DNA of 38,410 nt from a bacterium CG2_30_37_16 (GCA_001872945.1 MNYC01000049.1:1-38410); one strand, 5' to 3'. Numbered from the stretch's first letter, positions 8,627-18,832 are shown. The notes: generated by a model not told the origin, from the letters alone. Program-made: numbers and translations.

Positions 8627-10743
8627 AAAGAAAATTAAATCAAAAAAAAATTGCATACGATCCAAACGTTTTAGCGAAAGCTTGTGATTTTGCGGGAAAG
8701 GCGCATGAAGGTCAAAAAAGAGCAACCGGAGATCCCTATATTGCTCATCCTTTAGCTGTTGCTGAGATACTGGCGGATATGGGCATGGAATTTCATACTA
8801 TTATAGCGGCACTTCTTCATGACACCGTTGAAGACACCTCAATTTCACTAGATGAGATAGAAAAGCAGTTCGGCAAAGATATTAGAAGTTTAGTTAACGG
8901 CGTTACTAAATTAAGCGAAATTGAGTTTTCCAGGCAATATCAATTAGAATCACTTACTGAGCGTCAGGAAATGGAAGTAGAGAATTTTAGAAAGTTTTTT
9001 TTAGCAATAGCTGAGGATTTAAGAGTGGTTTTAATAAAATTGGCCGATCGTTTGCATAATTTAGAAACCTTAGGTGCGAAATCGCCTGCTAGTCAAAAAA
9101 GGGTTGCCCAAGAAACGCTGGAAATATATGTTCCTCTTGCGGACAGGCTCGGTATTGGTCAATTAAAGGTTGATTTAGAAGACTTGGCATTCCGATATTT
9201 TATGCCGGACGAATATCAAAAAGTCCGTTTACTGGTTTCTGAAAAAATTGATGATCGCAAAAAAAATGTGAATATACTGCAAAAAAGTATTCCTCGACTT
9301 CTAACAAAAAATCAAATAAAAGTCATTAAAATAGAGGGCAGAGCAAAGCATTTTTACAGCATTTATAAAAAATTAAAAAAAAGCGATGGGGATATCGATA
9401 AAATTTATGATTTGATGGCCATACGTATTATCGTGCCGGAAGAATCTGACTGCTACAAGGTTTTGGGGGTTATTCATCAACAATACAAACCGTTAATTTA
9501 CAGGATAAAGGATTATATCGCCGTGCCCAAACCTAATGGCTATAAATCGCTTCATACGACCGTTTTTGGTTTGGATGGTAGAATAACGGAAATACAAATC
9601 AGAACTCCCAAGATGCATGATGAGGCAGAAATGGGAATTGCCGCTCATTGGCATTACAATCAGTCAAAATCAAAAATATTTTCGGTTTTTACTCGTTCTT
9701 CGTATGCACCGAAAAATGATTTGGAATGGGTTAAGCAACTTGCAGAGGCCCAAAAAGGCTTTAATGATAAAGAACTGATAGAAAATTTAAAGATAGATTT
9801 TTTTCATAATAGAATTTTTATTTTTTCCCCAAAAGGAAATATTTTTAATCTTCCGGAAGGAGCAACTCCGATAGATTTTGCGTATCTAGTGCATACCGAA
9901 ATTGGTAATCATTATGTTGGCGCCAAGGTAAATGGTAAGATCGTAAATTTAAACTATAAATTAGAAAATCGAGATATAGTAGAAATATTGACTTCTCCTA
10001 AAGCAAAACCTAGTAGGGATTGGCTTAATTTTGTTAAAACTAGTGGCGCCTCCCAAAATATAAGAAGTTGGTTTCGAAAAGAGTCTAGAGAAGATAATTT
10101 AAAATCGGGCGAAGAAACGTTAGTTTCAAAATTAAAAGCTGTCGGCTTGACGTTGTCTGACATCGACGAAAGAATTTTATCTTTTTTTAACGTCAAAAAT
10201 ACAGATGACCTCTTTGTTCTTATCGGAGAAGGCCAGATAACGTCTAGGCAAGTAACTAATAGGATTCTAGATCCGGGAACGGAAAAACAAAAAAGACCGT
10301 CAAAAACAAAAAGAACTGAGTTGGTTATAAAAGGAACGGAAGGAATGCCGTATCGGCTCGCAAAATGCTGTCAACCTTGTTACGGCGATAAAATTACCGG
10401 TTATGTTACTCAGGGCCAAGGAATAACAGTTCACAGGACAAACTGCGCCAATATTATAAGAAATAATCCAAATAAATTGACGGAAGTTAGCTGGCAATCG
10501 GGTAGTGCTATCTATCAAATACCGATTTTGGTTAAAGCCAAAAACAGAATCGGTCTCTTAAAAGATATTACATATTTGCTTACAGATAAAAAAATTAATA
10601 TAGGTTCAATAAAAAGTAAGCATGAGGGAGATATGACTGTTATTGAGATGCTAATCGAAATTGAAAAGATGGTATTATTACCGATTGTAATTAATAATCT
10701 TTTGGGCATTAAAGATGTCTATGAGGTTAAGCGCTTAAGATAA
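8611..10743 (+). CDS. rel: Long RSH bifunctional (p)ppGpp synthetase/hydrolase
   Basis: HD hydrolase (PYIAHP, LHDTVED, KLADRLHN), synthetase (GYKSLHT, EIQIRT), TGS, zinc-finger (AKCCQP, HRTNC) and ACT domains. Confidence 0.96.
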   Translation: MCKEIERKLNQKKIAYDPNVLAKACDFAGKAHEGQKRATGDPYIAHPLAVAEILADMGMEFHTIIAALLHDTVEDTSISLDEIEKQFGKDIRSLVNGVTKLSEIEFSRQYQLESLTERQEMEVENFRKFFLAIAEDLRVVLIKLADRLHNLETLGAKSPASQKRVAQETLEIYVPLADRLGIGQLKVDLEDLAFRYFMPDEYQKVRLLVSEKIDDRKKNVNILQKSIPRLLTKNQIKVIKIEGRAKHFYSIYKKLKKSDGDIDKIYDLMAIRIIVPEESDCYKVLGVIHQQYKPLIYRIKDYIAVPKPNGYKSLHTTVFGLDGRITEIQIRTPKMHDEAEMGIAAHWHYNQSKSKIFSVFTRSSYAPKNDLEWVKQLAEAQKGFNDKELIENLKIDFFHNRIFIFSPKGNIFNLPEGATPIDFAYLVHTEIGNHYVGAKVNGKIVNLNYKLENRDIVEILTSPKAKPSRDWLNFVKTSGASQNIRSWFRKESREDNLKSGEETLVSKLKAVGLTLSDIDERILSFFNVKNTDDLFVLIGEGQITSRQVTNRILDPGTEKQKRPSKTKRTELVIKGTEGMPYRLAKCCQPCYGDKITGYVTQGQGITVHRTNCANIIRNNPNKLTEVSWQSGSAIYQIPILVKAKNRIGLLKDITYLLTDKKINIGSIKSKHEGDMTVIEMLIEIEKMVLLPIVINNLLGIKDVYEVKRLR

Positions 10744-10784
10744 ACTTGTTTTACATGTAAAAGTGTGTTATTTTTTTAAACGTA

Positions 10785-12065
10785 ATGGCAAAAAAAATCA
10801 TTCAAAAACCAAGAGGAACTCAGGATATTCTTCCAGCTGACCAGAAATACTGGAATTTTGTAGTTGATAATTTTAGGAACGTTTTGGAGGGTTGCGGTTT
10901 CGGCAGAATTATTACTCCAACATTTGAAGATACGGCATTATTTGAAAGGGGTATAGGAACATCTACGGATATTGTTGAAAAAGAAATGTATACTTTTAAA
11001 GACAAATCCGATAATTCGATAACATTGAGGCCGGAGGGTACGGCTTCCGTGGTAAGAGCATATTTAGAGGATGGTATTTCATCATGGCTGCAACCGGTCA
11101 AATTATATTATATTAATGCATTATTTAGGTACGAACGGCCGCAGGCAGGACGTTTTAGGGAGCATCATCAAATAGGAGCGGAAATTATTGGTGATCCCAG
11201 TCCGTTAAGAGACGTTGAAATGATTGCGTTAATAAGTAGATGCCTAAAGAGGCTTCATTTGGACAACGTTTCTCTTCAGCTTAATTCAATTGGTTGTCAA
11301 GTTTGTCGTCCTCAGTATATGCGTTCTCTCAAGGCTTATTACAAGGAGCACTTAAATAGCGTTTGCGAAGATTGCACCCGAAGATACGACAAAAACCCCT
11401 TGAGGCTACTTGATTGTAAGGAGAAGGCTTGTCGTTTAGTGGCCGATAATGCTCCTCAGCTGATTAATACTCTTTGCCCCGATTGTCACGAACATTTTAG
11501 AACAATATTAGAATTTTTAGACGATTTGGGGGTTTCTTATGAATTAAATACAAAGTTAGTAAGGGGCCTTGATTATTATACGAGAACAGTTTTCGAATTT
11601 TGGTATGTTGATGATAACTTTGGTTCGCAAAATGCAATTTGCGGTGGTGGGCGTTATGACATGCTTGTAGAAATATTGGGCGGAAAACCAACTGCAGGTA
11701 TCGGCTTTGGCGTGGGAATAGAAAGGTTAATGCTAGTTTTAAAGAATGAAGAGAGCGTTTTAGTGCCGGAACTGAATGCGCCCAAAATTTACCTTGCTCA
11801 GTTAGGCGGAGCGGCTAAGAAACAGGCATTTATGCTTGCACAGTCTCTTCTAGATAACGATATACCTATTGCTTCCAGATTCGATAAAAAGTCTGTTGGT
11901 GAGCAGCTAAAAGAGGCAAGCGACCTGAAGGTTCCTTATGCAATTATTATTGGACAGAAGGAAACTATTGATGGTACTGCCATAGTTAAAGATATGTATA
12001 CCGGTTTTCAGGAAACATTACCACAGGAAATGTTGGTTAGTGAAGTAATCAAGAGGCTTAGTTGA
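10785..12065 (+). CDS. hisS: Histidine--tRNA ligase
   Basis: PRGTQD, LRPEGTA, FRYERPQAGRFREHHQ, LVRGLDYY and GGGRYD motifs. Confidence 0.98.
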   Translation: MAKKIIQKPRGTQDILPADQKYWNFVVDNFRNVLEGCGFGRIITPTFEDTALFERGIGTSTDIVEKEMYTFKDKSDNSITLRPEGTASVVRAYLEDGISSWLQPVKLYYINALFRYERPQAGRFREHHQIGAEIIGDPSPLRDVEMIALISRCLKRLHLDNVSLQLNSIGCQVCRPQYMRSLKAYYKEHLNSVCEDCTRRYDKNPLRLLDCKEKACRLVADNAPQLINTLCPDCHEHFRTILEFLDDLGVSYELNTKLVRGLDYYTRTVFEFWYVDDNFGSQNAICGGGRYDMLVEILGGKPTAGIGFGVGIERLMLVLKNEESVLVPELNAPKIYLAQLGGAAKKQAFMLAQSLLDNDIPIASRFDKKSVGEQLKEASDLKVPYAIIIGQKETIDGTAIVKDMYTGFQETLPQEMLVSEVIKRLS

Positions 12066-12501
12066 CGAAAATCTGTTTTATAAACTATGGCTGCCGGCTA
12101 AACACTGCCGAGAGCGAAGAACTAAAAAGGGATTTAAACCCTATTGAGCAAATATTTAATTCAAGAATATGCGACTAAAAAGATTGTTGCTGGTTCGTAT
12201 CTAAGCATTTATAAAAGACCCCTAATTAAGATTCAGGATGGATGCAAGAACTATTGCAGCTATTGCATTGTTCCTTATTTACGAATGAAAGAATATAATA
12301 GGCCGCTAAAAGATATAGTTGGAACGGCAAAGAAATATGAACAAAATAATTATTCGGAAAAATAAAGACAATTATTATATTGGAACTGCTTCTAACTTTT
12401 CTGAAGTGAGAGTAAAAACAAACCAGCCGCTTGATCGTCAGATTTGTGATGTACAAATCCTACAAGCGGCTGATTCTTATTTACTAGGGAATTTACTTTA
12501 G
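12062..12501 (+). pseudogene. mtaB: Collapsed MiaB/MtaB-type radical SAM methylthiotransferase pseudogene
   Basis: Three fragments in order in separate ORFs: TTG 12062 MTKICFINYGCRLNTAES (UPF0004-like N-terminus), KIQDGCKNYCSYCIVPYLR (CxxxCxxC) and a TRAM-like C-terminus. Only 440 bp in total. Confidence 0.85.
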
Positions 12502-13134
12502 TCCAAGACTATTTGCGATGCCTAATACGTGATTAACATAGGATAATGAATGGTTATATCTGTATAGGGCATTTACAACGTTACCGTTGGCTGCACCGTT
12601 AGCTCTTAGGTAGTTGGCACCGGTATAGACCGCATCATAAACGTTGTTTATAGCGGAATTACCATCATTGTTACCGTCTTGACTGTAGGCCCTATAGGTA
12701 CTCGGTAAGAACTGCATGGGGCCAACTGCACCGGCATAAGAAGTGACATTGGTGGTATTTGATTGATGGGATTCAACTACGTGAACTGCAGCAATTACCT
12801 GCCAAGGTACCTGATATTTCTCTGAAGCCTTCTGGTAAAGAGTAGCAAATTCAGTTTTATATCCGGCTTTCTTAAGCGCCTGTTCGATCGAAAGACTTTT
12901 TTCGATGGTTACTTGGTGCTGTTCAATTTTACCCTTCATGTTGTCAAGGGATTGTTTCTTGAAGATTTGAAGTTGGTAGTTGTAACGCTGTTCAACTTCG
13001 GTTTTTCGATCCACAACATTTATTATTGATATTGGTAATTTCAAGTTTTTTTGTCTGGAAGAACTAGCAGCTTCAGCATAATTCCCGTTAGTGATTAGGC
13101 CCAAGATTATTAGGACCATTACTAATTTCTTCAT
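12493..13134 (-). CDS. Secreted lytic transglycosylase (SLT/lysozyme-like domain)
   Basis: Signal peptide; PWQVIAAVHVVES, SYAGAVGPMQFLPST and ALYRYNHS motifs. Confidence 0.9.
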   Translation of the reverse strand: MKKLVMVLIILGLITNGNYAEAASSSRQKNLKLPISIINVVDRKTEVEQRYNYQLQIFKKQSLDNMKGKIEQHQVTIEKSLSIEQALKKAGYKTEFATLYQKASEKYQVPWQVIAAVHVVESHQSNTTNVTSYAGAVGPMQFLPSTYRAYSQDGNNDGNSAINNVYDAVYTGANYLRANGAANGNVVNALYRYNHSLSYVNHVLGIANSLGLK

Positions 13135-13199
13135 TGTTTTAAATCCTCTCTTTTCACCCTCTTAAGGGTCAAATTACTCTAACCCTCAGATCGAGAAAC

Positions 13200-13228
13200 A
13201 TTTTATCATAAAAACGTTCAAATGTCAA
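13200..13228 (-). promoter_or_regulatory. Near-consensus sigma70 promoter of the lytic transglycosylase
   Basis: Minus strand TTGACA-17-TAAAAT with extended -10 (TGa). Confidence 0.75.
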
Positions 13229-13239
13229 GTACTTTTTGA

Positions 13240-13380
13240 GTATGTACTCACTAGGTCCATCAATTTGTCATCCCGCACTTAGATGCGGGATCCATTCTTC
13301 CTGGATTCCAGATCAAGTCTGGAATGACACTGTAGTCACATAGAAATCTTACATAAAATAGGGGTCTAGTGAGTAAATAC
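13240..13380. mobile_element. 141-bp MITE-like element with 19-bp imperfect TIRs and an 8-bp target site duplication
   Basis: GTATGTACTCACTAGGTCC (13240-13258) and GGGTCTAGTGAGTAAATAC (13362-13380) are inverted, 16/19 match. CTTTTTGA directly flanks both ends (13232-13239, 13381-13388). Confidence 0.8.
13266..13329. repeat. REP-like palindromic repeat (GTCAT...ATGAC type), copy 1
   Basis: TGTCATCCCGCACTTAGATGCGGGATCCA...TGGATTCCAGATCAAGTCTGGAATGACA; related copy at 33765-33827. Confidence 0.8.
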
Positions 13381-13432
13381 CTTTTTGATGAAACCACTAT
13401 CATCCAGGCGGTTTATGCAGTATAATTGATCC

Positions 13433-13780
13433 ATGAATAACTGTATATTTTGTCAAATCGTAGAAGGAGAAGTTCCGGCTAAAAAAGTCTTCGAGTCAGA
13501 AGAAATTTTAGCTTTTTGGGATATAAATCCGGTTGCCCCAATTGATATTTTGATAATCCCTAAAAAGCATATTGGAAATTTATTTGACGCAAAAGAAGAA
13601 GACTTGATAGCGTTAGGGTATCTATTAATGGCTGCAAAGGAAGTGGCCATTAGTCATGGTCTTTTGAACTCCGGTTTTCGCTTGGTCATTAATAATGGTA
13701 AAGATGCTGATCAAATAATTCCTCATCTTCATGCGCATGTGCTTGGCGGGAAAAATTTGGGCAGCAAAATAATCGCCTAA
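13433..13780 (+). CDS. HIT family nucleotide-binding protein
   Basis: CIFCQI, DINPVAP and HLHAH triad; TATAAT ends 6 nt before the ATG. Confidence 0.95.
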   Translation: MNNCIFCQIVEGEVPAKKVFESEEILAFWDINPVAPIDILIIPKKHIGNLFDAKEEDLIALGYLLMAAKEVAISHGLLNSGFRLVINNGKDADQIIPHLHAHVLGGKNLGSKIIA

Positions 13781-13855
13781 GTTAAAACAGTCTTGAAAAA
13801 TATAATTAAATATTATATAATCATATTGAAATTTCCATAAAAGGAGGTGAGTTTT

Positions 13856-14065
13856 TTGGCTGAAGTTACTAGAAAAGAACAAGAGTCATTCGAGAATCTG
13901 CTTCGAAGATTCAACCGAAAAGTTCAGCAATTTGGCATTCTGCCGGTCGCAAGAAAAAAAATGTATTTCAATAAACCGCTTTCCAAACGGGAACAGCGCG
14001 AAATTGCTATAAGAAAAAAGATCAAAAAAGACGCTAAGCTAAAACAGTTAATTAGGGGTTTCTAA
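13856..14065 (+). CDS. rpsU: 30S ribosomal protein bS21
   Basis: ESFENLLRRFNRKV...YFNKP, basic; SD AAGGAGGTGA before TTG 13856; upstream of yqeY. Confidence 0.9.
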   Translation: MAEVTRKEQESFENLLRRFNRKVQQFGILPVARKKMYFNKPLSKREQREIAIRKKIKKDAKLKQLIRGF

Positions 14066-14500
14066 TTGATTAAAGAAACTATCGACAAGGAGCTGGTAAG
14101 TGCTCTGAAAAATAGAGATACGCTAAGATTAGGCGTTTTTAGACTGCTTAAGGCAGCCTTCAAAAATGAGGAAATTGCAAAAAAGCATCCTTTAGCCCTC
14201 GAAGAGGAAATTATAATCCTTGACCGTCAGGCGAAGCAAAGAGAGGATGCTATTTTGATTTATGAGAAGGCGGGAAGAAACGATTTGCTTTTGAAGGAAA
14301 AAGACGAGTTGTCAGTTATTAATGAGTTTAGACCCAAAAAAATGACCGAAACTGAAATTAGAACTTACGTAAAGAATCTTATCGGTAAGGCTGAAGATAA
14401 GACCTTTGGTTCAATTATGAAGCAGGTCATGAGTGATTTGAAGGGTAAGGCCGATGGATCAATCGTATCTAAGGTTGTAAAAGATGAGATTGGGGAATGA
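14066..14500 (+). CDS. GatB/YqeY domain protein
   Basis: KQREDAI..YEKAGR.DL and G.IMK.VM..LKGKADG motifs. Confidence 0.92.
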   Translation: MIKETIDKELVSALKNRDTLRLGVFRLLKAAFKNEEIAKKHPLALEEEIIILDRQAKQREDAILIYEKAGRNDLLLKEKDELSVINEFRPKKMTETEIRTYVKNLIGKAEDKTFGSIMKQVMSDLKGKADGSIVSKVVKDEIGE

Positions 14501-14922
14501 TTGAATATATAATAAATGATTCTTCAAAAAAAATTGATCATTCAATTATCAAAAGAATAGGTGAAAATTTAGAGACTGAAAACAATAAGCTTAATATTGA
14601 GCTTAATTTTATTTCTAGGGAAGAAATTAGGAAACTAAATTTAAAATATCTAAAAAAAAATAAGCCTACTGACGTTTTATCATTCAATTCCACAGGCGAT
14701 GTTATTGTTGGTCAAATCTTTATATGTTACGATATAGCTGTAGAACAAGCCAAAGAGTACAATTGGACACTAGAAAATGAGGTTGCATTGCTAGTCATTC
14801 ACGGAACGTTACATATTCTAGGTTGGGATCACGAAAATATGAATGATGCTCGAAAAATGATCGAAAAAGAAAACGAAATTCTAAATACATTGAATTTAAA
14901 GGAGTATGATGCAGAGGCTTAA
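14497..14922 (+). CDS. ybeY: rRNA maturation endoribonuclease YbeY
   Basis: PTDVLSF and HGTLHILGWDH motifs. Confidence 0.95.
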   Translation: MIEYIINDSSKKIDHSIIKRIGENLETENNKLNIELNFISREEIRKLNLKYLKKNKPTDVLSFNSTGDVIVGQIFICYDIAVEQAKEYNWTLENEVALLVIHGTLHILGWDHENMNDARKMIEKENEILNTLNLKEYDAEA

Positions 14923-15544
14923 TTTAATAATTTTTGGCCCTCCCGGGGCCGGTAAAGACACTCAGGTTGAGAAAATCCTAGAGCATTTTAATACTGATCC
15001 AATTGAAACCGGTGCAATTATAAGGGATCTCGTAAAAAGTGACACTCAAATTGCCAGGCAAATCAAAGATACTATTGCAAGAGGCGATTTGGTTAATGAT
15101 TCCATCATGGAAGCCATTATTAAGGATAGATTGAAAAAAGTATCAGCGCAAAGTGGTTTGATCATGGATGGATATCCCAGAACTATCAAGCAAGCCGAAA
15201 CATTCAATTTGCTTCTTACTTTTATGGATAGAAAACTTGACTATGTTGTTTTTCTTGATGTTCCTGAAGATGTTTTGGTAAGTCGTCTTTCTCAGCGAAA
15301 GATTTGCTCTATTTGCGGCAAGACAGCGTTTCCTCAAGAGGAGAATTGTTCAAGTTGCGGAGGCGCATTGGAAAAGAGAATTGATGATAACTTGGAGTCA
15401 ATTAAAAAAAGAATAATCAATTATAACGAAAAAACGGCTCCAATCATAAATTTTTATAGAAAAAGAGGGCTGCTTCTTCATATAGATGGAAATAAAAGTC
15501 CGGATGAAGTTACAAAAGAAATTTTTGAAGGTCTAAAGTCTTGA
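14906..15544 (+). CDS. adk: Adenylate kinase with a zinc-binding lid
   Basis: GPPGAGKDTQ, DGYPRT..QA and CSIC...CSSC lid. Confidence 0.95.
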   Translation: MMQRLNLIIFGPPGAGKDTQVEKILEHFNTDPIETGAIIRDLVKSDTQIARQIKDTIARGDLVNDSIMEAIIKDRLKKVSAQSGLIMDGYPRTIKQAETFNLLLTFMDRKLDYVVFLDVPEDVLVSRLSQRKICSICGKTAFPQEENCSSCGGALEKRIDDNLESIKKRIINYNEKTAPIINFYRKRGLLLHIDGNKSPDEVTKEIFEGLKS

Positions 15545-16281
15545 TTCCTTTAAAAAATGCAAGCGATGTAAATAAAATGAAAGAGGGCGGCAAAATATTA
15601 CACGAAGCCCTTAAATCTTTAGAAAATGAAGCTGTTGTAGGAATGAGTTTATTAGAACTTGACAGGCTTGCTTCTGATTTTATATTAAAAAATAATGCAA
15701 AACCGTCTTTTTTGGGGTATGAAAATTTTCCCAATTCAATTTGCACGTCGGTTAATAGCGTTGTTGTCCATGGAATTCCAGATGAATATATATTAAAAGA
15801 TGGTGATATTATTTCTATAGACGCGGGTGTGTTTTATAAGGGTTTTCATACAGATTCGGCCATTACTTTTGGTATCGGAAAAATTGATAAAAAAGCTCTA
15901 GATTTGATAGATACTACTAAGAAATCCCTTAATGAAGCTATAAAATTAGTTCGTCCCGGTATTCGTCTAGGAGATATTTCCTTTTGTATCCAAGACTATG
16001 TTGAAAAAAAAGGATTTGGAATTGTGAGAGAACTTGTTGGTCACGGGATAGGGCACAATGTACACGAGTTACCACAGATACCCAATTACGGCAAAAAAGG
16101 AAGTGGAATTGAATTAGAAGAAGGTATGGTTTTGGCTATTGAACCCATGGTTACAGAGGGAGATCATCATATTAAAATGTCTGATGATGGCTGGGGAGTA
16201 GAAACTAAAGACGGTAAACTTTCTGCTCATTTTGAGCATACTGTAGCTGTTGTAAAAAATGGCAGCATAATATTAACTTGA
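15541..16281 (+). CDS. map: Type I methionine aminopeptidase
   Basis: VVHGIP, GHGIG..VHE, AIEPM and SAHFEHT motifs. Confidence 0.97.
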   Translation: MIPLKNASDVNKMKEGGKILHEALKSLENEAVVGMSLLELDRLASDFILKNNAKPSFLGYENFPNSICTSVNSVVVHGIPDEYILKDGDIISIDAGVFYKGFHTDSAITFGIGKIDKKALDLIDTTKKSLNEAIKLVRPGIRLGDISFCIQDYVEKKGFGIVRELVGHGIGHNVHELPQIPNYGKKGSGIELEEGMVLAIEPMVTEGDHHIKMSDDGWGVETKDGKLSAHFEHTVAVVKNGSIILT

Positions 16282-16296
16282 AATTACTAAATTGTC

Positions 16297-16325
16297 TTGG
16301 CATTTTACTATAAAATGTCTATAAT
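16297..16325 (+). promoter_or_regulatory. ftsA promoter with a dyad in its spacer
   Basis: TTGGCA-17-TATAAT; CATTTTA-cta-TAAAATG palindrome at 16301-16317. Confidence 0.6.
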
Positions 16326-16346
16326 TTAGATTAAAGGAGTAATTTA

Positions 16347-17567
16347 GTGACGCCCAAAGAACAATCATACGTCGGCATCGATGTTGGTAGCACAAAAATT
16401 AACGTGGTTGTTGGCATAATTGAGGAACCCGGAAAACCTTCCGTAATTGGAGTTGGTTCTTACCCGACAAGCGGTCTAAGAAAAGGCGTTGTTATCGATG
16501 TCGAGGAGACGGTTAGCAGTATTTCAGGGGCAGTTGAGCTTGCCGAGAGAAGCGCAGGCGTTCATATTTCCAATGCGACTATTAATATTGATGGTTCCCA
16601 CGTAGCGTCTTTAAATTCTAGGGGCGTTATTGCTGTTGGGCGAGCGGATTCCGAAATTACTTTTGAAGATACAATTAGGGCAACTGAGGCGGCGCAAGCA
16701 ATTTCCTTGCCCTCAAATAAAGAAATTATTCATGTTATCCCTAGGGAATATACAGTTGATGGTCAGATTGGTATTAAAGATCCAATTGGAATGAGTGGTG
16801 TTAGACTGGAAGTAGAAACTCATATAATAACCGGTTCGCAGCCTGCAATTAGAAATTTATATAAATGTTTTACACAAGCAGGATTGAATATTGATGATCG
16901 AATTGCGACTCCGCTTGCTGCGGCCAAAGCTGTTCTAACCAAAAGGCAGAGAGAACTTGGTTGTGTTCTAATTGATATAGGTGGTGGAACAACCTCCATA
17001 GCCGTATTTGATGAAGGAAATGAGCTCTATACGTGTATATTGCCGATAGGTTCGGGTCATGTTACTAATGATATTGCTATTGGACTTAGAAGCTCAATAG
17101 ACATAGCGGAAAAAGTAAAACTTAAATATGGATATGCTTCGCCCATTGAGATTCCGGAGAAAGAAAAGATTGATTTAGCAGAATTTGGTGGCGAAGGAAC
17201 GACATTTAAAAGGCAAGTTGCTAAAATAGTAGAAGCGCGTCTTAAGGAATTATTTGACTTAGTGAGAGACGAGCTAAGAAGAGTCGGTAAAGATGCTATG
17301 CTTCCCGGAGGGGCAGTTATATCTGGGGGCGGAGCAAACATGCCGGGAATTGTTGGGCTTGCCAAATCTATTCTTAAGTTACCTTGTGAAATTTCCAGTC
17401 CTAAAGGACTTCAAGGCTTGGTTGAAAAAGTATCAGCGCCTGAATATGCAACTGCTTTGGGTTTAATGCTTTATTCTATGGACAAGCAACGGACGCTGGG
17501 CGGCAATGAGAAATTAGCCAAGGCCTTTGAGAGAATAAAAAAATTAGTCAGAATATTTTTACCTTAG
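16347..17567 (+). CDS. ftsA: Cell division protein FtsA
   Basis: GIDVGSTK, DPIGMSGVRLE, IDIGGGTT and C-terminal amphipathic helix. Confidence 0.97.
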   Translation: MTPKEQSYVGIDVGSTKINVVVGIIEEPGKPSVIGVGSYPTSGLRKGVVIDVEETVSSISGAVELAERSAGVHISNATINIDGSHVASLNSRGVIAVGRADSEITFEDTIRATEAAQAISLPSNKEIIHVIPREYTVDGQIGIKDPIGMSGVRLEVETHIITGSQPAIRNLYKCFTQAGLNIDDRIATPLAAAKAVLTKRQRELGCVLIDIGGGTTSIAVFDEGNELYTCILPIGSGHVTNDIAIGLRSSIDIAEKVKLKYGYASPIEIPEKEKIDLAEFGGEGTTFKRQVAKIVEARLKELFDLVRDELRRVGKDAMLPGGAVISGGGANMPGIVGLAKSILKLPCEISSPKGLQGLVEKVSAPEYATALGLMLYSMDKQRTLGGNEKLAKAFERIKKLVRIFLP

Positions 17568-17711
17568 TTATTCAGGATATCCACACAATCCCTGAATAAT
17601 TATATATAATTGATCTCAAATTGAATAAATCACTTACTCTAACAAAATGCTATTTACATTTGAACAAATATTATATACGATTATCTCGAGATCTTAAGCA
17701 AGGAGGTCCTC

Positions 17712-18806
17712 GTGGAAATAAAACCACAAGTTGAGACTTTTGCCAGAATAAAAGTCGTTGGCTTAGGTGGAGGTGGTTCGAATGCAATAAACAGAATGAT
17801 CGCCGCCAACTTAAAAAGCGTTGAGTTTATTGCAATTAATACTGACGCGCAAGCGTTGCATTATAGCGATGCTTCAAAAAAAGTTCATATCGGAAAAACA
17901 ACGACTCGTGGACTAGGTGCTGGTTCTGATCCTGACGTAGGACGAAAGGCCGCCGAAGAATCTTCTGAAGAGATTTATGAATCTCTAAAGGGGGCTGATA
18001 TGATCTTCCTAACTTGTGGCATGGGTGGTGGCACAGGTACGGGAGCCATAACAGTTGTTGCCAGCCTGGCAAGAGAGGTTGGTGCATTAACGGTAGCCAT
18101 CGTTACTAAACCGTTTTCATTTGAAGGTCAAAAAAGAATGCGGATTGCCGAAGAAGGAATGGATCTTTTAAAAGATAAGGTAGATACCTTGATTACTATT
18201 CCAAACGATAGGTTGCTCGCGATGATTGACAGAAAAACTACAATGCTGGATGCCTTTAATGTTGTTGATGACATTCTAAGACAGGGAGTGCAGGGAATAT
18301 CTGATCTTATTACCGTTCATGGTGTCATTAACGTTGATTTTGCAGATGTTAAGGCAATTATGTCAAATGCCGGATCGGCTCTTATGGGGATTGGAAGAGG
18401 AACGGGAGAAAGTAGGGCAGTTGAAGCCGCAAAGATGGCCATAAACAGCCCTCTCTTAGAAGTTTCTATTGATGGTGCAAAGGGAGTATTGTTTAACGTT
18501 GCCGGTGGCCAAGATCTTGGAATGTATGAAATTGATGAAGCGGCCAAAATCATTACTCAGGCAGTAGATCCTGATGCTAATATAATATTTGGTTCCGTTA
18601 TCGACCCAAATATTACCGGTGAGATCAAAATAACCGTAGTGGCAACCGGATTTACATCGGACAAGCCATCCACACCCCTTGTTGAGACAAGAAGAATTGA
18701 GCCCGAACCTGTAAGGTCATATTCTACATTTAATAAGCCAGAGGAGACAAACGAAAAAGATGAAGAATTAGACATCCCGGCATTTATTAGACACAGAGTG
18801 GAATGA
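17712..18806 (+). CDS. ftsZ: Cell division protein FtsZ
   Basis: GGGTGTG tubulin signature, NVDFAD and C-terminal LDIPAFIR; SD AAGGAGG. Confidence 0.99.
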   Translation: MEIKPQVETFARIKVVGLGGGGSNAINRMIAANLKSVEFIAINTDAQALHYSDASKKVHIGKTTTRGLGAGSDPDVGRKAAEESSEEIYESLKGADMIFLTCGMGGGTGTGAITVVASLAREVGALTVAIVTKPFSFEGQKRMRIAEEGMDLLKDKVDTLITIPNDRLLAMIDRKTTMLDAFNVVDDILRQGVQGISDLITVHGVINVDFADVKAIMSNAGSALMGIGRGTGESRAVEAAKMAINSPLLEVSIDGAKGVLFNVAGGQDLGMYEIDEAAKIITQAVDPDANIIFGSVIDPNITGEIKITVVATGFTSDKPSTPLVETRRIEPEPVRSYSTFNKPEETNEKDEELDIPAFIRHRVE

Positions 18807-18832
18807 CGTTGTTAAAAAATTGTTGATATCTT

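Noticed and set aside
12144-12501. ORFs 12144-12365 and 12319-12501 as independent small proteins
   Set aside because: They are fragments of the mtaB pseudogene
13325-13340. TGACA-N6-TCACA, a weak CRP-like site inside the MITE
   Set aside because: Left half-site is only 3/5, it overlaps the repeat end, and it has no matching promoter geometry
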